Shown piece by piece: positions 34,784 to 44,635 of a stretch of 56,130 bases of DNA. The notes beneath the pieces are model-generated. The model made no database searches and had not been told where the DNA came from. It saw only the letters and a program-made list of their open reading frames with translations. A program made the translations under genes and the position numbers. Every line of letters begins with the position of its first letter. Position 1 is the stretch's first letter. The DNA comes from a virus (Duplodnaviria > Caudoviricetes). The DNA is taken from positions 1-56,130 of IMG/VR virus record IMGVR_UViG_3300029985_000050; one strand, 5' to 3'.

Positions 34784-36901
34784 ATGCCCAAAAAGTCCGT
34801 CAAGGCAAAGGTGCCCACGGCACCCCCGCCGAAGGCCCCACCGGCTGAGACGAAGTTGAGCGAGAAGCTCCTGGAGAAGTTCCACGAGAAGCTCCAGGAG
34901 TCCATGCTCGACGATCCCGAGATCATCGACGACCACCACTTCGCGCCCACGGATGCCGCCGGGGCGAAGTCTCTTGGGCTGTACGTCGCCAAGGCTGGTT
35001 TCAAGATTCCCTACTTCACGCCGTCTGGCGAAGAAACTGGGTTTTTTCGTTTTCGCTATCTAGAGGATACAAGGTCGGGCTTCGAAAAGCAAACGGGAAC
35101 CAAGCCGCAACGCTACGGACAGCTCGGCGGGACGCTGAACGAGGCCTACTTCTCGCCAAGCCTCCACTGGGAAGAAGCCCTCCAAGACTCTGCGATCGAC
35201 ATCTGGATCACCGAGGGCGAGCTCAAGGCCGCGTGCGCCACCACCCAGGGGATCCCGTGCATCGGGCTGGGTGGGGTCTGGTGCTTCAAGAGCACCAAGC
35301 GGGTGATGCACCTGATCCCCTCGCTCGAGCAGATCAACTGGGTCGGACGCAGGGTCTACATCTGCTACGACTCCGACGCCTCCTCGAACCCCGACGTGAT
35401 GGCCGCCGAGGTCTGCCTCGCCAAGGAACTCACCCGCCTCTCCGCCTTCCCCACCATCGTGCGCCTGCCGGCCAAGATCGACGGACACAAGAACGGCCTG
35501 GACGACTACCTCGTGGAGCGCGGGGTCGCGGGCCTGGAGCAGTGCCGCAAGGAAGCCGTCCCGTTCGCGGACGCCCAGGTGCTCCACCGGCTGAACGAGG
35601 AGGTCGTCTACGTTCGCGACCCTGGCTTCGTGGTCCGTCGCTCCGACTTCCAAAAGCTCGCCCCCACCGCGTTCGTCTCCCACGCCTACTCCGATCGCCA
35701 CATCACGGCCCTGACGGAGAAGGGCACCCTGACACGGAAGTCCGCCGCGGACGCCTGGCTCAAGTGGCTCGGCCGTGCGGCGACGCAGTGCTTCACCTAC
35801 GCCCCTGGCCAGCCCGAGGCCGCGGTCACCTCCGACGGGAAGCCTGCCCTCAACGCCTGGCGTGGGTGGGGGTGTGCCTCGGTGGAGGGCGACGTGACCC
35901 CGTGGCTGAACCTCATGGACTTCATGTTCGAAGGGTTCCCAGAGTCGCGCACATGGTTCGAGCGGTGGCTCGCCTACCCCATCCAGTTCCCCGGCGCCAA
36001 GCTCGCCACCGCGGTGATTCTGTGGGGCCGCACCGGCGGCACGGGAAAGTCGTTCATCGGCGAGACCATGCAACGGATCTACGGCTCGAACTACGACAAG
36101 ATCGGGAACACCCAGCTCGCGGGGGCGTTCAACGGCTGGGCCGAGAACAAGCAGTTCATCATGGGGGAGGAGATCTCCGGGATGGACAAGCGGGGTATGA
36201 TGGACCGGCTGAAGGAAATGATTACCGAGGAGCGGGTCCAGCTCAACATCAAATACCTCCCCGGCTACTCGATCCCGTCCCACGTCAACTACTACCTCGT
36301 CTCGAACCATCCTGACGCGCTCCAGCTGGACGAGACCGATCGCCGATGCTTCGTCCACGAGACCCCGGCCACGCCGCTGTCCGACGAGTTCTACCTCTCC
36401 TACCGCCACTGGCTCAAAGAGTCAGACGGCAAGGGCCCGGCCGCATTGCGCTACTACTTCGAGCACCTGGACCTCGGCGACTTCAACCCCCAGGCCCGCG
36501 CGCTGAAGACCGCCGCGAAGACGGAGATGGTTTCCGACGCCATGAGCGAGCTGGAGCGTTGGCTCCACGACCTGCGCCGTGACCCGGACACCGTCCTGCG
36601 GGTGGGATCCACCGTGGTGAAGCATCGGTTCTGGACGGCCAACGCGCTGCTCGAGATGTTCGACCCCGATGGCCGGAAGAAGACATCCTCCGGCGGGATC
36701 ATCCGGGCGCTCAAGCGTTCGGGAAGCGTGCCCGTCGGGATCTTCACCACGAAAGACGGAGTCAACCCGCTGTGGGACATGCGCCCAGGCGCGACGGTGG
36801 CGGACCCCGCGAAGGCCTACGACGCGGAGCGTGGGTTCCTACGGCCTTCCGAGCCAGTTGTGCGTGCTGTGAAATCTTCAACCAAAGGAAAAGCGAAGTG
36901 A
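34784..36901 (+). CDS. Primase-helicase (Toprim/DUF3854-like plus SF3-type helicase)
   Basis: ITEGELKA, GLGGVW, ICYDSD, GLDDYL; Walker A GGTGKS; VSNH, DRR. Confidence 0.88.
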   Translation: MPKKSVKAKVPTAPPPKAPPAETKLSEKLLEKFHEKLQESMLDDPEIIDDHHFAPTDAAGAKSLGLYVAKAGFKIPYFTPSGEETGFFRFRYLEDTRSGFEKQTGTKPQRYGQLGGTLNEAYFSPSLHWEEALQDSAIDIWITEGELKAACATTQGIPCIGLGGVWCFKSTKRVMHLIPSLEQINWVGRRVYICYDSDASSNPDVMAAEVCLAKELTRLSAFPTIVRLPAKIDGHKNGLDDYLVERGVAGLEQCRKEAVPFADAQVLHRLNEEVVYVRDPGFVVRRSDFQKLAPTAFVSHAYSDRHITALTEKGTLTRKSAADAWLKWLGRAATQCFTYAPGQPEAAVTSDGKPALNAWRGWGCASVEGDVTPWLNLMDFMFEGFPESRTWFERWLAYPIQFPGAKLATAVILWGRTGGTGKSFIGETMQRIYGSNYDKIGNTQLAGAFNGWAENKQFIMGEEISGMDKRGMMDRLKEMITEERVQLNIKYLPGYSIPSHVNYYLVSNHPDALQLDETDRRCFVHETPATPLSDEFYLSYRHWLKESDGKGPAALRYYFEHLDLGDFNPQARALKTAAKTEMVSDAMSELERWLHDLRRDPDTVLRVGSTVVKHRFWTANALLEMFDPDGRKKTSSGGIIRALKRSGSVPVGIFTTKDGVNPLWDMRPGATVADPAKAYDAERGFLRPSEPVVRAVKSSTKGKAK

Positions 36902-38586
36902 GATACCTGTCGTTGTTCAGCGGGATCGAGGCGGCAAGCGTCGCCTGGGGTCCGCTGGGCTGGAAGTGCGCCGCCGTGGCGGAGATCGAGCCGTTCCCGT
37001 GCGCGGTGCTTCGGGAGCACTACCCTTCGGTGCCGAACCTGGGCGACGTGACGAAAATCACTCGCGAAGTGGTGCGGGGCCTTGGGAAGCTGGATGTCGT
37101 GATCTTCGGATCGCCATGCCAAGATTTGTCTGTCGCAGGAAAACGTGAGGGAATCGGAGGTGCTCGCAGTGGTCTCTTTTTTCAAGCCATCGAAATCGTC
37201 AAGTGGGCCCACGAAGAGTGCGGTGCCCGTTTCGCCCTCTGGGAGAACGTCCCAGGTGCCTTCTCCAGCCAGTCCGGAAGAGACTTTGCAGAAGTGGTTG
37301 GGGCGCTATCTGGCGCCGGAGTCGAAGTCCCCGAGCACGGCTGGGGCTCGGAAGGCGCGGCGGTGGGGCCGAACGGCCTCGTCGAGTGGAGCGTGCTGGA
37401 CGCGCAATGGTTCGGAGTGGCGCAGCGGCGCCGTCGCGTGTTCGCTCTCCTCGACTTTGGAGATTGGGCCGGCAGACCCCCGATTCTCCTTGAGCCCGAA
37501 AGCCTGCGCCGGGATTCTCCGCCGAGCCGAGAAGCGGGGCAAAGCCCTGCCGGAACTCTTGCGTCGCGCACTTCTGGCGGTGGCCTCCCAGGAACTGACG
37601 AGGCCTGCGAAGGATACGTCACGCCCTGCCTCACCGCCAGCCGCCTCCAAAGGATCGGCGAAAGCACCGGCCAGGATCCGGTAGCTGCGACGTTCCGGCA
37701 GTCCTCCATGAAGGGCCGTGGGACGATTGGCTGGGACGACTCCGGTGTCGCGAAGCCTGTGAAAACTCAGGTGGACGGCCAGATGGTCTGCTTCGGCGGG
37801 AACAACACCGCTGGCCCGATCGACGTGGCGACGGCACGGAACGCCAGCGCCAGCGCCAGCGGGCGGCTGGACTTCGAGAGCGAGACGTTCGTGGTTGCTC
37901 CGGAGGTTGCGGCCACGCTGCGGAGCGCGAGCGACTCTCCCAAAGCCCATGGAAAGGTCAACGGCACGGATCGGGCAACCATCGTCGCTTTCCACCACAA
38001 TGCCCAGGCCGCGCAGCTTCCGACGACGACGGATACGCCCAAGACGGCGGCGCTGACCTGCCCACAGGGGGCGGCGGTCGCTCAGTGTGCGACCGGCGAC
38101 GTCTTCCACACGCTCCATGCGGAAGGGTTTGACGCTTCGGAGGACGGTACCGGGCGTGGTGGTGGTGCGGTTGCCGTGGCCCTGCGGGGGCGGGAAGGCG
38201 GCGCAGCCTGCGAACTCGGCGATGAGGTGGGCTTCACGCTGCGGGCGTCGTCCGGAGGCGGTGACAAGCCCCATGTCCTCTGCCCCACGGTCGCCCAACC
38301 GGTGCGCACCAACCCCCGGAACAACAGCGACGGCGGGATGGAGGCGCGCCAGCACATCTACGGGGACGCCCAAGTCCGTCGCCTCACGCCCACGGAATGT
38401 GAGAAACTTCAAAACTTCCCCACAGGGTACACGAAGATCCCGTGGCGTGGGAAGCCCGCAGAACTCTGCCCGGACGGCCCACGGTACAAGGCCTTGGGTA
38501 ACTCCATGTGTACCGCCGTCATTTTTTGGATCGGCCAAGCGATCGAGCATGCTGCGAAATCTTCAACCAAAGGAAAAGCGAAGTGA
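36865..38586. repeat. 37-bp direct repeat (36865-36901, 38550-38586; 1 mismatch) flanking the methyltransferase
   Basis: TGCTG(T/C)GAAATCTTCAACCAAAGGAAAAGCGAAGTGA. Confidence 0.95.
36898..38586 (+). CDS. C5 cytosine DNA methyltransferase with long variable region
   Basis: LSLFSGIE, GSPCQD, WENVPG, QRRRRVF, RRLTPTECEKLQ, YKALGNS. Confidence 0.93.
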   Translation: MRYLSLFSGIEAASVAWGPLGWKCAAVAEIEPFPCAVLREHYPSVPNLGDVTKITREVVRGLGKLDVVIFGSPCQDLSVAGKREGIGGARSGLFFQAIEIVKWAHEECGARFALWENVPGAFSSQSGRDFAEVVGALSGAGVEVPEHGWGSEGAAVGPNGLVEWSVLDAQWFGVAQRRRRVFALLDFGDWAGRPPILLEPESLRRDSPPSREAGQSPAGTLASRTSGGGLPGTDEACEGYVTPCLTASRLQRIGESTGQDPVAATFRQSSMKGRGTIGWDDSGVAKPVKTQVDGQMVCFGGNNTAGPIDVATARNASASASGRLDFESETFVVAPEVAATLRSASDSPKAHGKVNGTDRATIVAFHHNAQAAQLPTTTDTPKTAALTCPQGAAVAQCATGDVFHTLHAEGFDASEDGTGRGGGAVAVALRGREGGAACELGDEVGFTLRASSGGGDKPHVLCPTVAQPVRTNPRNNSDGGMEARQHIYGDAQVRRLTPTECEKLQNFPTGYTKIPWRGKPAELCPDGPRYKALGNSMCTAVIFWIGQAIEHAAKSSTKGKAK

Positions 38587-38921
38587 ACGACCCCTACGAA
38601 ACCCTCGGAGTCCACCCGAACGCCGCCCCGCAGGTCCTGCGCGCGGCGTACATGGGCCTGTGCCAGGCGAACCACCCGGACAAGGGCGGAGACGCCGGGA
38701 GGATGGCGGACCTCGCCGAGGCCTGGGCTGGCCTGCGTGACGTGAAGGTCCGGCGGAAGACGGACGACGGTCTGAAGCTCTACAAGAAGCTGGACCGTGC
38801 GGCGTGCCCCAAGTGCCGGGGGAAGGGCCTGGTGGTCGTCTCCAAGGGGTTCGTGGCCGGGCCCGAGATCGTGTGCGGGGTGTGCAAGGGCACGGGATTG
38901 CCGGTCGGAAAGCCTGCCTGA
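38583..38921 (+). CDS. J-domain protein with Zn finger
   Basis: DPYETLGV..HPDKGGD; CPKCRGKG / CGVCKGTG. Confidence 0.8.
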   Translation: MNDPYETLGVHPNAAPQVLRAAYMGLCQANHPDKGGDAGRMADLAEAWAGLRDVKVRRKTDDGLKLYKKLDRAACPKCRGKGLVVVSKGFVAGPEIVCGVCKGTGLPVGKPA

Positions 38922-38922
38922 G

Positions 38923-39306
38923 ATGTGCCTACCAAGGATTTCTCCAGCGCAACGTGAGAAGGTCCGGCAGATGTTCGACGGCCACTGCGCCTACTGCGGG
39001 AACCCGCTGGGCAAGCTCTGGCACGTCGACCACCGGGTGCCGGTGCGCCGGACGTGGAAGGACGACATGGTCAAGCTCCTGGGGCACACCAGGGGCGGGA
39101 ACGACGAGGACAACTGGTTCCCGGCCTGTACCCGGTGCAACCAGCGCAAGGGCGCGCTCTCCGTGGAGGAGTTCCGTGGCCTGATCCGGGCGGAGGTGAT
39201 GCTCGCCCTGGAAGACTGCCACATCCGCATGGCCGTGGACTTCAAGTTGCTGCGCGTGGCGAAGGTGCCGCGCGTGAAATTTCACTTCGAGGAGGTGCTC
39301 TCGTGA
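38923..39306 (+). CDS. HNH endonuclease
   Basis: CAYCG..VDHRVP..N..PACTRCNQRKG. Confidence 0.88.
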   Translation: MCLPRISPAQREKVRQMFDGHCAYCGNPLGKLWHVDHRVPVRRTWKDDMVKLLGHTRGGNDEDNWFPACTRCNQRKGALSVEEFRGLIRAEVMLALEDCHIRMAVDFKLLRVAKVPRVKFHFEEVLS

Positions 39307-40127
39307 TCGAACCAAAAACAGCCGTTGTCGAGTTGCAAAGCCGCCTGGGCAGGGTGGGAAGCATCGTCGCCTACGATCCCTGGGACTCCAGGAAGTCCGT
39401 GCTGCACGCCAAATGTTGGGTGTCCAAGATCGCCCGCCTGTCCCACGGCCTCGGGGAAGCGGAGGACTACATGGCCCACTTCGACCGGGTGGTGAATCAG
39501 ATGAAGCACGAGAGCGTGCTGGAGTTCGTGCCGTGGTCAGACTGCTCCGAGTTGGCCTTGCCCTACGCTTCCCTCCGCCACCGGTTCCCGATCAACGATC
39601 CGAATTCCCCCAACTTCTGGCGGCACTACTTTGCCGAAGCGGTGTCGGAGCGGGGAACGCGCCTGAGGGCGGCTTCCGCCTTCCTCGTGGAGGCTCCCAT
39701 CTTCGTGGCCCGCCAGTGGATGCGCCATCGCTCCTTCGCCTACCTGGAGATGAGCCGCCGGTATACCAAGGGGAGCCGGGTGGCTTGGGAGTTCTACGGG
39801 CAGGCCCCGGACTTCATCTCTGATCCCGACACCGACCCCACCAACATCCCGATGGGGTTCACGCCTGCCGGGGAGACGGAAGAGAACCACTTCTGGAAGG
39901 CCTGTGAAACTGAGTACCTGCGCCGCCTGAACGCCGGATGGCCCAACGAGATCGCCCGCGGATGCATGCCCGTGGAGACCATGACCAAATTCTGGACATG
40001 CGGGTTCGACCGGGATTGGGAGGCCTTCCTGAAGCTCCGTGACGACGCCCATGCCCAGTCGGAAATTCAGGTGTTCGCTTCGTGGATCTCCGGGTACCTC
40101 AAAGCCAAGAAGGAGATCGCCGGATGA
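39303..40127 (+). CDS. thyX: Flavin-dependent thymidylate synthase
   Basis: HESVLEF, PIFVARQWMRHRSFAYLEMSRRY, EIARGCMP, HAQSEI. Confidence 0.88.
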   Translation: MIEPKTAVVELQSRLGRVGSIVAYDPWDSRKSVLHAKCWVSKIARLSHGLGEAEDYMAHFDRVVNQMKHESVLEFVPWSDCSELALPYASLRHRFPINDPNSPNFWRHYFAEAVSERGTRLRAASAFLVEAPIFVARQWMRHRSFAYLEMSRRYTKGSRVAWEFYGQAPDFISDPDTDPTNIPMGFTPAGETEENHFWKACETEYLRRLNAGWPNEIARGCMPVETMTKFWTCGFDRDWEAFLKLRDDAHAQSEIQVFASWISGYLKAKKEIAG

Positions 40128-40285
40128 TCGTCTGGAAGGAAGAGACCACCGAGCAGAAGGTGAAAATCTTGGAACAGAGGGTGAAGGACCTGGAGGAGCA
40201 GGCCGAGACCAGGGCGGGCGCTCTGGAGGGCGCCCAGAACATCATCCGACAACTGCGGGACGCGAATTCGGGGGTGGCGGCATGA
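40124..40285 (+). CDS. Small coiled-coil protein
   Basis: AGGAG RBS, ATGA overlap. Confidence 0.55.
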   Translation: MIVWKEETTEQKVKILEQRVKDLEEQAETRAGALEGAQNIIRQLRDANSGVAA

Positions 40286-40746
40286 AGCGTCCATGGTTCA
40301 CGACGAAGAAGCCCGTCCCGGAGGAGCGCAGAGATCTTCAGCATCTGGAAGATTTCGTCTGGCCAAATGGAGAGCCTGACGAGCGAGGGTATTCTCCGCA
40401 GCTGTATAGGGTTGTTGCTCGCAAGAAAGCTGCCGGGATCTTCTTGGACGCGAGGGAGCAGCGTTGCTTTGATTTCGTTTTAGGTAAAGCCAACCGGATC
40501 CCGACAAAGAAGTTCGTCGAGATCTGGTGCTACTGGCGGATCGCCCGCGACGGCACGCCCACCGTCTCGATCTGCGACGACCCCATGGGCCATCCGCACG
40601 CCCACCTCGTCCGGGTACCCATTCCCGAGGACGTGCAGAAGTGCATCGACGCCACGAAGAACCCGCCGCTGTGTCTCGTGGTTGACAAGGCGGGCTACGC
40701 CACGGGCGAGTGCCCGCAACCTTCCAACGAACCGGAGAACCCATGA
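40282..40746 (+). CDS. Hypothetical protein
   Basis: ATGA overlap. Confidence 0.55.
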   Translation: MKRPWFTTKKPVPEERRDLQHLEDFVWPNGEPDERGYSPQLYRVVARKKAAGIFLDAREQRCFDFVLGKANRIPTKKFVEIWCYWRIARDGTPTVSICDDPMGHPHAHLVRVPIPEDVQKCIDATKNPPLCLVVDKAGYATGECPQPSNEPENP

Positions 40747-41063
40747 AAATCAAAGATGCCCACATCGCCTACATCCCCAGCCGCGACGTCGTCGGTGCGT
40801 TCGACGTGGACGCCGTCACGAAGAAGCCCGGCCTGTTCGTGGACCGCTCCGACGAGACGCTCCTGGCGGCCTCCGCCTGGGTGCTCCAGGCACAGGTGGG
40901 GAAGTCACTCGCCAAGGACCTCCCGCCGGTGTTGCGGTGGTTGAAGAAGCTCACGCGCTCCAAGAAGACCGCTGGCGCCAAGCGCGTGGTCGAGTTCCAC
41001 GACGGGGTGCGCCTGGAGTTCACGGTGCGGGTGCTGGAGGGCGTACCACATGGAAATCGTTAA
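40743..41063 (+). CDS. Hypothetical protein
   Basis: GGAG RBS, ATGA overlap. Confidence 0.6.
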   Translation: MKIKDAHIAYIPSRDVVGAFDVDAVTKKPGLFVDRSDETLLAASAWVLQAQVGKSLAKDLPPVLRWLKKLTRSKKTAGAKRVVEFHDGVRLEFTVRVLEGVPHGNR

Positions 41064-41418
41064 CATTCCCTTGGTCGCCCCTGTTACGAAGGAGACCTTG
41101 AACCACTTCAAGCCGGAGAACTACTTCCACTTCCTGTTCGGCACAGCCTCCCTGCGCGGGCGCACCGAGATCGCGGCCCTGGCTGCGAAGATGTCGGTGG
41201 AGATGCGGATCTGCGTCATCCTGGTGCCCGGGAAGGTTCCCAGGAGGATCCGAAAGATCCGCAGTTCTCGCATCGCTGTCCTTCGGGTGGGCCGCTGCCG
41301 CAAGCCCACCGAGGAGATGGAGCGCGTGCGGCAAGACTTCCTGGCACAACAGACCCTCCACCCTCCGGTGGACCTCGCTTGGAGGCCGCTTCGCCTTTCC
41401 CTGGGACCCAACCCATGA
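41050..41418 (+). CDS. Hypothetical basic protein
   Basis: GGAGG RBS. Confidence 0.55.
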   Translation: MEIVNIPLVAPVTKETLNHFKPENYFHFLFGTASLRGRTEIAALAAKMSVEMRICVILVPGKVPRRIRKIRSSRIAVLRVGRCRKPTEEMERVRQDFLAQQTLHPPVDLAWRPLRLSLGPNP

Positions 41419-42326
41419 CCATCCCCGCCGGCTTCAAACCCATGCTCGCCGAGGCCCTGCCCGCCGGCCAGCTTCCCGTGTTCCCCAGCTACGTCAGCCC
41501 CAAGCTCGACGGCGTGCGGGCGGTGGTCTTCGGAGGTGTGGTCTACAGCCGAAACCTCAAGCCCATCCGCAACGCCCACGTTCAGAAGGTCCTGGGGCAC
41601 GCCCTCCTGGAGGGGTACGACGGAGAACTCATCGTGGGGCCGCCCACCAGCCCCACGGCGTTCCGGGACACGACCAGCGGCGTGATGGCGGTGCTGGGCG
41701 AGCCGAACGTGCTGTTCCACGTGTTCGACGTCTACAGCCCTGCCCGTGGGTTCAACGATCGCTACCACGGGGACCTGGGCAGTGCATCCCACCGGGCGGC
41801 CAGGTCGCGCCTCCACATCCCCATGCAGCTGGTGGCCCAGAAGCTCGTCCACAACGCCGAGGAGCTTCTCGCGGCCGAGCAGGACTACCTGGACCAGGGC
41901 TACGAGGGCGCGATGGTGCGGTCGGTGGATGGGCCGTACAAGTGCGGTCGCGCCACGGTGCGCGAGGGCTACCTCCTGAAGGTGAAGCGGTTCTCCGACG
42001 CCGAGGCCCTGGTGGTCGGCTACGAGGAGCTAATGCACAACGAGAACGAAAAGACCACCGACGCCCTGGGGCACGCCAAGCGGTCCACGGCGAAGGCGGG
42101 GAAAGTCGGCGGTGGGGCGCTGGGCACGCTGCTCTGCAAGGACCCCGAGACCGGCGTGGAGTTCGGGATCGGCGGCGGGTTCACCGCGGAGGAGCGTCTG
42201 GCCCTGTGGCGGGATCGCGACACCCTGGCGGGCCGAATCGCCAAGTACAAGTTCTTCCCCACCGGGTCGAAGGAAGCACCCAGATTTCCCGTGATGCTAG
42301 GGTTTCGGGATCCTTCCGACGCTTGA
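41415..42326 (+). CDS. ATP-dependent DNA ligase
   Basis: KPMLA, motif I SPKLDGVR, YDGELI, FHVFD, EGAMVR, LLKVK, PRFP. Confidence 0.93.
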   Translation: MTIPAGFKPMLAEALPAGQLPVFPSYVSPKLDGVRAVVFGGVVYSRNLKPIRNAHVQKVLGHALLEGYDGELIVGPPTSPTAFRDTTSGVMAVLGEPNVLFHVFDVYSPARGFNDRYHGDLGSASHRAARSRLHIPMQLVAQKLVHNAEELLAAEQDYLDQGYEGAMVRSVDGPYKCGRATVREGYLLKVKRFSDAEALVVGYEELMHNENEKTTDALGHAKRSTAKAGKVGGGALGTLLCKDPETGVEFGIGGGFTAEERLALWRDRDTLAGRIAKYKFFPTGSKEAPRFPVMLGFRDPSDA

Positions 42327-42333
42327 AAAGGAA

Positions 42334-42366
42334 GAGGCCTCTCGGGATAAATCCCAAGAGGCCTCC
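42334..42366. terminator. Hairpin between converging operons (probable bidirectional terminator)
   Basis: GAGGCCTCT.GGGAT / ATCCC.AGAGGCCTC inverted repeat. Confidence 0.7.
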
Positions 42367-42419
42367 GGTCCCTTTCCACACATTCGCGCAGAGCAGAAGA
42401 TAGTTCTGCCCTGGTGCGG

Positions 42420-42770
42420 TCAGCCGCCCAAATTCGCGACGTCGCTCTCGACCTTCGCCACGTCGGCGGTGAGCACCACCGAGACGGCCTGGGTGACTGC
42501 GGTGCCGATGGCGGGGCCAAAGGTGCCTCCGACAGCACCGGCCACGGCGTTGCCCACGGTCTCGGCGGCGATGGGCTCGCCGGTGGCGATGACCGGCGCG
42601 GCCACAGAGAGCAGCGCCGAGGTGCCGATCTTGAGGACTTCCTGGACCTGGGTGGGGGGAACGGTGGAGTGGACGGCCTCGATCAGGGCGTGCGAGCCCG
42701 CTTCGATCAGGTGGAGACCCTTGTGGGCGGCGGTGGCCAGCCCGGCTTCGATTTCGGAAAGGATGCTCAT
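42420..42770 (-). CDS. Ala/Val-rich hypothetical protein (end of lysis cassette)
   Basis: GGAG RBS, ATGA overlap. Confidence 0.65.
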   Translation of the reverse strand: MSILSEIEAGLATAAHKGLHLIEAGSHALIEAVHSTVPPTQVQEVLKIGTSALLSVAAPVIATGEPIAAETVGNAVAGAVGGTFGPAIGTAVTQAVSVVLTADVAKVESDVANLGG

Positions 42771-43057
42771 GGTGTTTTCTCCGTTGATGGTTCGCGCACG
42801 GTCGGCGCTTCCGACGTGGCTTTCGAGAACATCGAATCTACTCTCTTGACGCACGGAAGGTTGGCCAGAAGTTGATTCGAAACGGTGATGCTCACGGCGA
42901 CGACCCCCAGCCGGTGCAGGTCGTCCAGCGTGATCCCGAAGAACCGCTGGGCCGCCCAGATGCCGCCGCAGGCAGCGATGATCCCGATCCAGGACTCCAG
43001 ATTCGACTTGAACCCTTCCTTGCCGACCACCAGCCGGATGAGTGCGGCGAAGTTCAC
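42767..43057 (-). CDS. Putative holin-like membrane protein
   Basis: Two hydrophobic segments and a charged C-terminal tail, in the lysis cassette. Confidence 0.45.
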   Translation of the reverse strand: MNFAALIRLVVGKEGFKSNLESWIGIIAACGGIWAAQRFFGITLDDLHRLGVVAVSITVSNQLLANLPCVKRVDSMFSKATSEAPTVREPSTEKTP

Positions 43058-43962
43058 TGGGGGTCCGCCAGGTACGCCAGCAACTCGTCCTTGTCCTGCT
43101 TGAAGCACTCTGCCCAGATGGCCTCCACGTCGGCAGCGTGTTGGGTCTCGTCCAATTGGTAATCCGTACAGGGTGGATTCACGCGGAAGTTCAAGAGCCG
43201 GTCCGCCCCACCACCCATCTTCTTGACGAATGCGTTGATGGCTCCGCGGATGAATTCCACGTCTGCCGAGTTGCCTGTTGTGATGGCCTTGAGCACGATC
43301 TGCTTGAGATATGTCAGGATGAACCAGTCGTTGCCGACCGGCGGGCCCTCGGGGTTGAGCCCGCTGGTCACCATGTTCAGCATCTTGATCCCGTGGCTCA
43401 CGTCCACCGAGTCATCCATGACCACGCCAGCGAAGCCCACCAGGAGCGGATCGTTGGCGGCGAAGCCTCCATCCCCGTGTCTGCCGTCCGGCGTGGAGAA
43501 GAACGTCGTGGCAGCCATGGAGCACCGGATGGCGAACCATACGGGCACGTCCTTGTCCTTCGGGCCGAAGACCTTCAGCTGCTTGCGGCGCATGTCCCAG
43601 GCAGTCAGGTACAAGGGCTTGACGGTTTCGGCCATCGTCCTGTCGCCGCACTTCTCCTTGAGCAGGGCGTCGATCACTTTGCTGTCGTACTGGGGGCCGC
43701 ACTTGGTCAGCCGGTACCGCAGATTCCGCTTGCCGAAGATTGCGGCCCCGTGCTCGTGGTGCATGTCCAGGGTGTCCTGGCCGTGGAATCCGCAGGCGTA
43801 CATTCCGGCGTCGATGGCCTCCACGCTGGTACCGGCGAAGAAGTCGAACAGGTCCTGGATCCACTTGCCGGTTGCCTTCTCCAGGTCAGACACGTAGCGG
43901 CATGGTCCGATTCCCATGAAGCCGCCACCGGCCCCCGAATACCCTTTGACTGGTTGGTTCAT
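43054..43962 (-). CDS. Patatin-like phospholipase
   Basis: Gly-rich GAGGGFMG, nucleophile elbow FAGTSVEA, SMAATTFF, DGGFAANDP. Confidence 0.85.
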   Translation of the reverse strand: MNQPVKGYSGAGGGFMGIGPCRYVSDLEKATGKWIQDLFDFFAGTSVEAIDAGMYACGFHGQDTLDMHHEHGAAIFGKRNLRYRLTKCGPQYDSKVIDALLKEKCGDRTMAETVKPLYLTAWDMRRKQLKVFGPKDKDVPVWFAIRCSMAATTFFSTPDGRHGDGGFAANDPLLVGFAGVVMDDSVDVSHGIKMLNMVTSGLNPEGPPVGNDWFILTYLKQIVLKAITTGNSADVEFIRGAINAFVKKMGGGADRLLNFRVNPPCTDYQLDETQHAADVEAIWAECFKQDKDELLAYLADPQ

Positions 43963-44120
43963 TTTTGGCCCCTGTTGAAAATCGAATCCGTCTCCCCGTC
44001 GCACCCATCGTCCGGGTCCAGGTCCTCGCGGCCCCAGCGCGGGTAGATTGCCGCGAGCCCCAGCGCCCCGGCGCAGACCAGGAGGCCGAAAACGAGGGCC
44101 AGTGCGATGAGGTGCCACAT
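43959..44120 (-). CDS. Small membrane protein
   Basis: MWHLIALALVFGLLVCAGALGLAAI hydrophobic helix. Confidence 0.6.
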   Translation of the reverse strand: MWHLIALALVFGLLVCAGALGLAAIYPRWGREDLDPDDGCDGETDSIFNRGQK

Positions 44121-44635
44121 CAGGCGAGGTCCAGCTTGGTGCGCTCTTCCGCGATCCGGTTCAGCCAGCCCCGAAGGAATTCCAGGGACTGTGGCCGTGC
44201 GCGCGCGACGGCGTTGTAGAAGATGTCCCGCAGGTCCAGGTACCGGCTCGCGACGGCCCTCGGGTCGCACGCGAGCGCGGCGGCTTGCGTCTCCGGCCCC
44301 CACGCGCCGTCGTCGGTCAGTTGGAGCGCCTGCTGGAGGGTCCGGATCGCCCGGCCTTCCCCGGAGTTGACCGCGCAGTCGAACACCACGGCATCGAGCG
44401 GGGGCGTCAGGACGTTGCAGTGGGCCGGGAGCCAGTACTCGGTCTGGTAGATCGCAGCGACCTCGTTGGGCAGGATGCGCCGGACGGACTGGGCCGGGAC
44501 GCCGTGCTCGGTGCGCCAGCGGTCGTACACGGCCTGCGTGACGCCCTGGTTTGTCGCTCCACCCGGGTCGTCGGGGTTGTCCACGAATCCGCCCTCGAAC
44601 TGGAGGACCATGGAAAGAGAGTCGGGAAAACTCAT
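44120..44635 (-). CDS. Endolysin, glycoside hydrolase family 108 with peptidoglycan-binding domain
   Basis: EGGFVDNPDDPGGATNQGVT, VFDCAVNSG, LQQAL..DG.WGPET, FLRGWLNR. Confidence 0.92.
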   Translation of the reverse strand: MSFPDSLSMVLQFEGGFVDNPDDPGGATNQGVTQAVYDRWRTEHGVPAQSVRRILPNEVAAIYQTEYWLPAHCNVLTPPLDAVVFDCAVNSGEGRAIRTLQQALQLTDDGAWGPETQAAALACDPRAVASRYLDLRDIFYNAVARARPQSLEFLRGWLNRIAEERTKLDLA

